From assembly GCA_004431415.1 (NCBI GenBank), contig QPMI01000439.1, positions 248,001 to 312,000 on the forward strand: a stretch of DNA of 64,000 nt, read 5' to 3'. Below the pieces are notes generated by a model. It saw nothing but the letters and a program-made list of their open reading frames with translations, searched no databases and was not told where the DNA came from. Each line of letters starts with the position of its first letter. The first letter of the stretch is position 1. The DNA is from Cyanophora paradoxa CCMP329 (Eukaryota; Plantae; Glaucophyta). Positions 55,301-64,000 of the stretch are shown here, piece by piece. The position numbers and the translations under genes are program-made.

Positions 55301-56040
55301 TAGAAACTTAGAAACCACGCACCGTCGATGCTTTCGAGCGTCGATAGGCCTAGGCCTTGGGAGAGATTGCATGCATATGCATGCGAGATTGCGACTGTAT
55401 TGCAGCCCACCGGAGGCGCGCGCTGCGCAGCCAAGCTTTCCTTATACATATGCGGTTGCCAGCTGCGCATGCTGCAGCTCAGCTGCTGCAGCTGGCCGGT
55501 CAACGTCGCCGCCGATCGCGGATATCGCTGGCCGGCTGTTACTCGGAAGCTGTACGTATACGAAGATAGATCTCGCAAGATCTAGAGTGCCTGAAAGCTG
55601 GATCTCATGAGAATGGCTGGAAGCTGCATGGTCCAGGTCCGGTGGATGGGCCTGATGTGTCCGGGTGCGGCTGATCGATCCGAGCGCCTCACTGATCATG
55701 AGTCAGAGCGCTGCACGGCGGCGGGGTACAGCGCTACATGCAGCGTGGAGCGGAGCCGGCGCCATACTGCAGTCTGCAGACTCAGTGACTGCAGCTGCAG
55801 TCTGCAGTATGCATTGCACTGGACCGTGGGCCGTGGCCCGTGGGCCGTGGCCCGTGGCACACACAATAATATATAATATCAAATTTACGCCGGATATTAA
55901 TTATAATGCGCCGGCGTACGTATATATACGCGTATTTACGTATACGCGCATACTTATGGCAGCGATTATAATTTATAATTAAAGCGGCACCATGCAAATT
56001 AAATAATTAATGCGTTTCGAGTAATTAACTTTTGACGCTC

Positions 56041-59000
56041 TTAACTAAAGGTTTGCAAATGTTTGCAAAATTGAATGCGCCGCATACTGCCAGTCATGCG
56101 CGCCGGATTACTTGTGCATTCAGGAAGCGCGGCCCTCTCGTGAGTGCATGTGCGCAGTGCAGTGCAGCGCTCCCCCGCATGTGCGGAGTCCGGTCCCCCA
56201 CCCAGCGCAGTGCTCGGCTCGGCAGATCTAGAGACAACCGCAGCGGCCTCGTCGGTTTCGAGAGGAAAAACAATGCCCGCAGGACCCGGGGGCGTCGGGG
56301 ACCCGCCGAGCCGGCCCTGGGCCCCGCGGCCCCCTCGCCGCGCGCCCGCCTCGTCCTCGCGGCGGGCCAGCGACGTTCTCCGCCAGTCCGCGATCGCCTC
56401 GAGCTCCCGCGCCGCACCTACCGCCGGCCCCGCGCGCGCCGCTCCCTTGGGGTACCGACGACCGGCCCGCCGTGTGCGCGTACCCCTGCTGGGACCGCAG
56501 GTCCAGCGGATTGCTGTTCGCCGTACCCCACCCTTGATGATCTGCGGAGGACGGAGAGGGACAGGAGTCAGCGATTGGGACGGTTTGCGGATTCGACGTC
56601 CGGGTGGAGGAGGAGAGGGGGGGGAGGTGGGGAGGCGGGGGGTACCTCGAAGTGGGAGGCCTGGCGGTAGAGCTCTGCCGCGGGGCCGTGCTGGTGCCTG
56701 TCCCCGCGGCACTGCGAAGAATTGAGCCGACGTTGGCGGGCTAAAAATAGGACCGGGGGGGGGGGCAGTAAAGGGGGATACGGACCTGGGAGACGACGGC
56801 GAGGCCCCGCGGCGTCAGCTGGAAGAAGACGTACGGCCTGCGGGCGCCGGCGACGGTGAGTCGGACAGGTGATCAGGAAGATTTGAAGCTTCATTTTCTG
56901 TTAAGGTTAAGAGTCCAGATCAGATCGAACGTCTTATCCGAGACTTTGATCCAGCTAAACCGGAGATTAGATCGGATCAGATCGGATCAGAGGGCGGACC
57001 GGGAGCGGTCGGAGGGGGAGAGGATGAGGCACACCGCCCCGGGCCGATCCCGCTGCGGCCGAAAGATCATCAGACGGGGAAAAATAAGGGTGGGGGGAGG
57101 GGAAGATGGGGGTACCTGGAGGGCGGCGAGCGTGTGCTGGTCGTTCGCGGAGAGGGCGGCGGGCCGCTCGGGATCGAACTGAGGGGGGGAGGGAGGGTGC
57201 CGGTCGGGCCGTCAGGAGGAGGCGGGACGGTGATATCGATTTGAGACTAGGTCATGATGTTATGTGACTAGGGGGGGGGGGGGGGGGGGGGGGGGGGAAG
57301 AGCGAGCGGGCGGGCGGACCCGCCAGCAGCCGACGGCGGACTCGTCCCGCCCTATGAGCGCCATGCCGAGGGCATTTTCGTCCACGACGATGTGGGACCC
57401 CCCGGGGGCGGGTCTCTGGGGGGGTACGATCGCCGTCGTCACCATGACGGCTTCTCCTCCGCTCCCGTCGCTGTCGGTGACGTCGCGCCCCGCCAGGTAG
57501 CCGACGGCCTCGCGGCCCGCGCAGCAGTCGCGGAGCTGATTCAGCAGGTTCGCCGTGATGCGAAGGGGCGCGAGAGGGAGAGGCGGAGAGGGCGGGGTCG
57601 GCGGGGTAGGGCGAGGGGCGAGAGGGGCCGCGCCCTGCGAGCCAAAGCGACGCGGATGAGGGGGGCTCTCGGCGGGGGGATGGTGGCGTACCCCCCCTTG
57701 GGGCGCGGAAGGAGGAGGAGGAGGGGGAGGAGGAGGCGCGCCCTGCGCGGGGGACGTTTCATTTCTCAGCGGGATTTCGAGCGGGATCGAGTTGGGTCGA
57801 TGATTCAGCGTACCCCGCCTCGTTCTCTTCTCCCCCGCACCCCCTCCGGCGGCTCAGCGTACCCCTCCGCGGCGCCGACCTCCTCGTACCCCCCCTCTCC
57901 GACCTAAACGCAGACTCAAAAGCGAGGCAGAGGCGGCGGGGGTACAAGCGAACCTCGGGTGGAACGCTGTACCCCGCACGGCCCCATGGTCCGGGGGGCA
58001 CCGTCTCGAAAGACACGGGCGGGGCCTCCGTCCCGGCGGCGACGCCGTACCCCTTGTCTTCCTCCTCGGGATGTGGGGGGACGAAGGGCGGCAGGGGTAC
58101 GAATGCCGCGGCCTGCGGGTCCAGGCGCGGAGGCCGGAGAGGGGCGGGGAAGCCGGGGGCGGCCACGTTCGAATCGGCGGGGGCGGAGCCGCCGCCGCGG
58201 CCGCGTCCGAAGCCGGGAGCGCCAGAAGAGGGGGGTACCGGAGCGGAATTTACAGCGGGACCTGAAGCGGAGACGGGGACGGGTAGTGGGAGGTGGGGGG
58301 CGGGAGGCAATACGCCGCCCGGGGGGGAAAGATCCTCGGGGGGCAGAACGGGGGGGACGAGGGGGTACAGGCGCCGAGGGGAGCCCAGCTGCGGGGGAAT
58401 CCCGCACGGGGCCTCCTCGGGGACCGAGGGGGCGAAGGGGGGTACGGGCACCGGGAGCCGCGGGGGCGGCGGGGCGGGGGGTACATCGGAGGCCGGGCGG
58501 AGGGTCGGGAAGTTGGACGCCGGCGAAGCCGCAACCCAGCCGGGGGGTAGGGACGCGGGCTTCGGGGGAGTACCGTTAGACAGGGACTCGGGCGCCGGCG
58601 CCGGCGGCTGCGGCGCGGGGAAAGGGGCCGGAGCGACGCTGCGCGCGGGGTTCGCTCGGAGGCGATTCGCATAAAAGCAGAAGACTGGGCGCACGGGATC
58701 GAATCCGCGCGGGTCGTCGCAGAAGTTCTGCAAGCGCGGGGCTCGCTCGGCGTTCGTTCGCGGGGGGCGAGAGAGGAATGGCGCGGCGCACGGGAACGGC
58801 GGCGCCGCCCCCGCCGGAGAGGCGGGCCCGGCGAGCTCTGCCTCGGCCTCGGCTTGGAAGAGGCGGAGGTGGTCGAGCATCGCCCGCAGCGGCCCGTCGG
58901 GCGTGCCCTCCAGCGCCCCCGCGTCCCCCCTGCCCGAAGCGAAGGCCCGTCAGAGGGAGAGGGAAGGGGAGGAAGGAAGGGGAGGCAGAGAAGATGATGG

Positions 59001-60069
59001 GGAGGGGAAGGGGCGCACTGCCAGAGCCTGGCGCGCAGGTCCATCTGCGCGCACTCCATCTCGACGGCCGCCCGCCGCGCCGCGCGCTCCTCGCGGAGCC
59101 GCGCGAGCTCGCCGAGGTGGTGGTGGGCCGAGGCCGCGGCCGAGGCCGTCGAAGCCTGCAGCTTCTGCGAGGATAGGGGTGAGCGGGGTGAAGAGAGGGG
59201 GGGGGGGGGGGGGGGGGGGCACCAGGACCGCCTCCTCGGCTTGCCGCGCCTGCGCCTCGGCGCGCTCCGCGGCGGCCGCCGCCTCCTCCGCCCCGCCCCG
59301 CGCCGCCGCCAACTCCGCCTCGGCCGCCTTGGCCGCCGCCTCGGCCCGCCGCGTCGCCTCTGACTGCGCCCGCAGCGCCGCGCGCCTCGCCTCCACCTGC
59401 TCAGATCAGATCACATCAGATCAGATCTGAGCAGAGCGGCTTCGAGGCCGCGCACCTCTTTGCGGAGAGAATCCAGCGGCGCCTCTGCTCCGTGCTTCTT
59501 CTTCGATCCCGAGCCCTTGGACAAACCGCCGTCGGACAGGAAGACGGCCTGCACGCACGGGCGACGCCGTGTCAGAGCCCCACGGGAAGGCGAAAGGCGG
59601 CGGGGATCTAGATTGCTAGATTCGAGGAATCTAGAGATCTAGCACGGACGCCGTCTAGAGCTCGGCGGAAAGGCAGCGGGGAATCTAGATGGCTTGCCGA
59701 CGGAAAGGCGTCTCCTCTATAGATCTAGATCTATAGAGGAGACGCGATCGCTCGAGCTCGCCCGCGGACCTCCAGGGCGGCCTTTTCGGCGTTCTTCTGT
59801 TCTTCGTGCCACTTCGCCTCGCCCCGCGCCTCGCCCACCTCCTCCCGCAGCCGCTCCACCTCCGCCTCCAGATCCGCCAGCGCCCGCTGCGAAGCGGTTC
59901 GGTCGAAATCAAAGATAGATAGACAGATAGTTAGGTGGATCTAGAAGATAGATAGATAGAGATATATTGGCACCTCTTCACGCTCCTCTCCGCTGGAGTG
60001 GCCTCCTCTGCGGGCCGCGGCCGCGGCCGCGGCCGCCCGCCCCTGCTTCGCCGCGCCGCGCCCGCCCTT

Positions 60070-60104
<35 letters not shown>

Positions 60105-63100
60105 GCTTCGCCGCGGCCGCGGCCGCGGCGGCCTTGGCCTTGGCCGCCTCCTCCGCCTTCCGCCGCTTCTCCTCCTCCTTCTTGCTCTCCTCCCTCTCGA
60201 GCTCGCCGACGAGCGCCTGCGCCGCCCTCTCCGCCGCTCGACCTCCTCGTCAAGCGCGGCCGCAAGGCGCCCCGGCAGGAGCCGCTTGACGCCGGCCGTA
60301 AGCCAGAATACGGCGTCCTCGCGCGCCGAGCAGAGGGCGCGGACGGCAGCGCCCCGCGGAACAGGACGTCGCGAAGGGAGAGGCTGTTCTGCTGGAGCCG
60401 CCGGGCGAGCAGGCACGCCACGCAGTAGCGCCGGACGAGTCGGAGGTACTCGCGGGCCAGAGTCCGCTCGGCTGGCCGCAGCGCGCGGGCGATCTCGTAA
60501 GCGATGCGGGCGCCGTCCTCCTCCGAGATCGAATCCAAGGCGCGGGCGCTCGAGCTCGAGCTCGTCGGGTCGGGATCCGCCGCCCGCGCCTCTTCCTCGG
60601 CTCGCATTCGGAGGACGTCGGCGTCGATGTCGGCGCGGACGCGCCCCAGTACGAGAGCCAGGATCTGATTTAGCTGCAGCGACGCGGCCGGCATCGGCTC
60701 GCCGGCCGCCTTCGCCACCCCTTCCCGCCAGGAGCGCTCGACGGCCTCCAGGCGCTCGGCGAAATCGTTCAAGGCAACCTGGGAGGAGGCTCACGAGTGC
60801 GAGAGCGAGAACGGGGCTATTATTTCTTCGATTCAAAGAGCGGCGCACCGCGATCGTGTCTGCCCGATCGAAGAGCGAGTGTGCGGGATAGTGGAGGCTA
60901 CTAGCGACCACCTGATCGACGATGTCTGGTACGCAGTTGACCTGCTCCAGGCTAAGACGGGAAAGGGGGGGCATAAACGGTGCAGCCTCGGTGAGACTGA
61001 CGCCCACCTGCCATGTCGAATGAAACTTTTCGACATCGGGATTCCGCCTGCAGACCAGGTGAGCCGAATCCACTGGAAGCACATTAATTCACGTATAACA
61101 AACTACCGCACCCGCCAATCCAGGCGATGTGAACCGCCCGCGTGCTTTGCCCCGCGGCAACAGCGATAGGGACGAATGCGAACGGGACGGACGGCTCAAG
61201 TGCGGAAACACAGGGGAGCCGGAGCTCCGTGCCCGAGAGCCGTTCCGGGTCCCACAAGCTCCGCCGGATGTGCGCGCGCAGCTCCTCGACCTCGTCCCCG
61301 CCTTCTTTGACGGGCTCGTCGTCGTCGAGGTCGTCCCAGGCAGATCTAGAACTCGCCGGGCCTGCGGGACCGGCAGCGGCTGTCATTCAAGCGCGACAAA
61401 CGCGCGGAGGTGAAGTGCAGCTCGATATCGCACCATCGTCCAAACATTTGCCAAGCTGTACGTCGCGAATCACACGAAAACCTTTGGCTTCAGGATTGCG
61501 TGCGTAGAATTCTAGACCGAAGAGCAGCCGCGTGAGCATTCGTTGCTGTCTCCGGATCGTTGCGAGCTTCCCACTGTTCAACTGCAACTCCTTCATGAGG
61601 CCCCCTGTTGAAAAACGGTACCAGTGGTCAGCGTCGGAGTGCGCCAAATTTGCCTGTACTTGACGAGTAAAAAGCACGTGCCAGTTCTTCGAAGAGGCTT
61701 GCTATCATTTCCTCTGCATCTGGAGAGCCGATATTGTAGAGCCGTCTTACAGTATCGGCGACGACGTCGGGTGCGGAGGGAGAGAGTCTGATTCAAAGTC
61801 AGCCAAGATCTGGAGAAGCTCGGGAGCAGGCGTATATATGCACTGGACTCACGGGGGCTGCTCCAGCAGGACGTCCAAAGGCGAGCGCGCCATGATGCCA
61901 GCGAGTCCTTCGCCGATGCCGAAGGAGAAAGAACCGGTCGCTTCGTCACAGACGGGTGTCGGGTCCGTGAACTCGCCCGGCCAAGGCTCCATTTCGCAAA
62001 CGGAAGCGCGGAGCAGCGAGCAGCGCCCGCAGGTCGGCATGCTCGGCCCGCAGATGTCCGTCGGGTCGATGGGACCGCCGTCCACCTTGCACACGGGCAG
62101 TGCTGCCGGATGGAATGTGAGAAAAGCCGGGCCAGACGTTGGTTTTCTAAGTAACCGCACCTGCGCATCGAATCACAAAGTCCGGGCGGAGCCAGATTGC
62201 AGCAGAGGTCAAGAATATGTCCAAGCTGATGCGGTCCCGCTTTTGCGGAGCGCGAGCCTCAGCGTCGCTTCGACTGCCGCCTCGGGACAGTCCTCACGAC
62301 AGTCGGAGGAGCGGATCAACCCGCTGAACTCCACAGAAGTGACAGCCGTGCTGCCGCTGACTGTTGAGGTCTTGGGTCGGACTAACACTTCTGTGGCCGC
62401 GGTGCTCTGCTGCTGAGAATCCTGGCAAGATGAAGCGAGGGAAACAAGGTCGGCGGCTACAAAGGACCAAGAAACTAGGAAATGACCTGCGGGAAAAGTA
62501 TTCACAAACGTATTAATGCTTTTTAAGCTCATAAGACGAACCGGAGGGCGGGACCACGTCTGCTGATGAGAGGGATTTGAGCCTGCAGCGCTCACTGGAG
62601 CTAGGCAGTCTGAGGAAGAATCGTAAAATGATGGAGCGCTTGAGCCTGTGATCAATAGTCCAGGTGGATGCATCGGTGCAGGATCCTGTAAGAGGAAGAG
62701 AGCAAACGGACTGGGCTGCTCCGTCTGAAATCGGAAAGTAATACCGCGCAACGAACATGCTGCTCAGCGTCTGAAAGTCCGGCAACGAGATCCCCGGATC
62801 CCTTTGCAAAGGATCCTCGGAATCATGATCAGATGAACTGTCGGTAGCGCCACCGTCGTCAGCCTCCGTGAAGTACGACATGCCCGTCGAGCCGATCGAA
62901 GCGTCGGCTTGGTTGATGTAAAGCGGCTGCCGAGCGTGCAGGACGCCGGCCGTCTCCTTCTGGCTGAACTCGATTCGCATTGCAGACGCTGCAGCTGCAG
63001 CTGGCGCCGGCGCATGCAGATTCGAAATTCCGACGGGATAGGACCCGACGGTCAGATCGACGCTGAAAAGAGAGGAGATCTCGCGCGGCTGGGTGCGGCG

Positions 63101-63564
63101 AAGAAGAGGCCAGTCCAACGGTTCGAGGTCTGGAGGAAGGAGGTGCCAGCGGACATCTCCAGGAGCAATCTCGCCGCGTCGATCGGCAGGCCGGACTCGG
63201 ACGCCACCAGAGCTTCGGCCACGTCCCAGTCGATGGTACAGCAGCGGACCAGCAGCTCCGCCTTCCACTTCTCTGACGCCTTCTCCCACAACTGGCGCCG
63301 AGCGAGCGCGCGCCTCTGCTCATCGGTGAGGGCCTCTGCGCAGAATGCGGTGCGGAGCTGGTGAGCGAGGCGTGCAGCCGGCGCGGGAAGGGGTCTACGC
63401 CGACCTTCCGCCCGCTGGGATGCACCCTTGCCCTTCGGGTTCTTCTTCCCGCCGCCGCGGCCGGCGCCTGAGCCCGCGGCCGCGGCCGCATGCGCATGCG
63501 CAGCCGCGGCCGCCGCAGGAGCGGGCCCTGGAGTCGCGGTCGAAGGCTGAGAAGAGGATTGCAA
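56041..63564 (-). CDS. large hypothetical multi-exon protein(s) with coiled-coil/Ala-rich and Pro-rich regions; apparent frameshifts
   Basis: ATG at 63564 (MQSSSQPS). Coding-like segments in several frames (QLWEKASEKWKAELLVRCC, DFAERLEAVERSWREG, EARRAALRAQSEATRRAEAAAK, GSHIVVDENALGMALIG). No domain confidently recognised. Confidence 0.35.
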
Positions 63565-64000
63565 TGAAGTCCCCGCTCCAGCGAGTGCAGCGGCGTCGCG
63601 CTTCCTGCGGAGCCGCTCCGCGCCGCCTCCTTCTTGTCGACTGCGCAGCGCGGATCGTCAGCGGCGCAAGGCTGAGCGCGCGATACGCTAGATCGACTCC
63701 GCGACGCCTAGGTCATCGATCTAAAGCGGCGTGGACCGCAGCGTTCGAGCCCGCGCTGGCCATGGCGCGCGGCCCGCATGAGCGCTCTCGCGCGGCACAA
63801 AGCGCGGCGGACATCTAGGCCGCTCCGCGAAGCATGCGCGTCTAGAAGCTACAGCAGCGCCCCAGGATCGCAATCCCTGCACGATGTGCGCACCGGCGCC
63901 GCCCGGCATCGCGCAGCTTCCGCCTCCGGTCAGGCACGCACGCCTCCGCTGTGCGACATCGGCTGCCGCCTTCTTCCGCGATGCGCGCTGCCCCGATCTC

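Noticed and set aside
57000-57400. PIN-domain-like words (HIVVDENAL, ANDQHTL, LILSPSD)
   Set aside because: Spacing between the motifs appears too short for a PIN fold; it needs an HHpred check on the true cDNA.

Overview
GC-rich, intron-dense eukaryotic (protist/alga-like) genomic DNA with short introns and many GC-AG donors. The organism is not identified, and several homopolymer-associated frameshifts may be assembly errors. Genes: an F-box-like/LRR/ankyrin gene (746-3948 +); an uncharacterised Pro-rich gene with an IQ-like motif (- strand); a GT2-like membrane gene present as one apparently intact copy plus two decaying copies; a TRANK1-like gene with a RelE-like domain, UvrD helicase, TPR-like region and MYND finger (- strand); a probable type-I membrane protein; a second F-box/LRR/ankyrin paralogue with an internally duplicated ankyrin module; and a long hypothetical gene at the right end. 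Two transposons sit in introns of the second F-box gene: an intact, very young Ty3/Gypsy LTR retrotransposon (37556-47985, 908-bp LTRs, ATGA TSD) and a non-autonomous CACTA/EnSpm element (52129-54819, GAC TSD). Three observations stand out. (1) Paralogue comparison reveals a recurrent micro-mutation X -> X-X'-X (3-nt inverted triplication, +6 bp, frame-preserving) that fits hairpin-type excision footprints of a 3-bp-TSD transposon. (2) Nup98-type GLEBS (Rae1-binding) motifs are inserted in two different loops of an F-box/LRR/ankyrin protein. (3) The Gypsy element has a PA-X-like UUU_CGU +1 frameshift candidate, lacks a canonical PBS and PPT, and has a 1.3-kb ATG-free leader. Gene boundaries of multi-exon host genes are approximate manual reconstructions.
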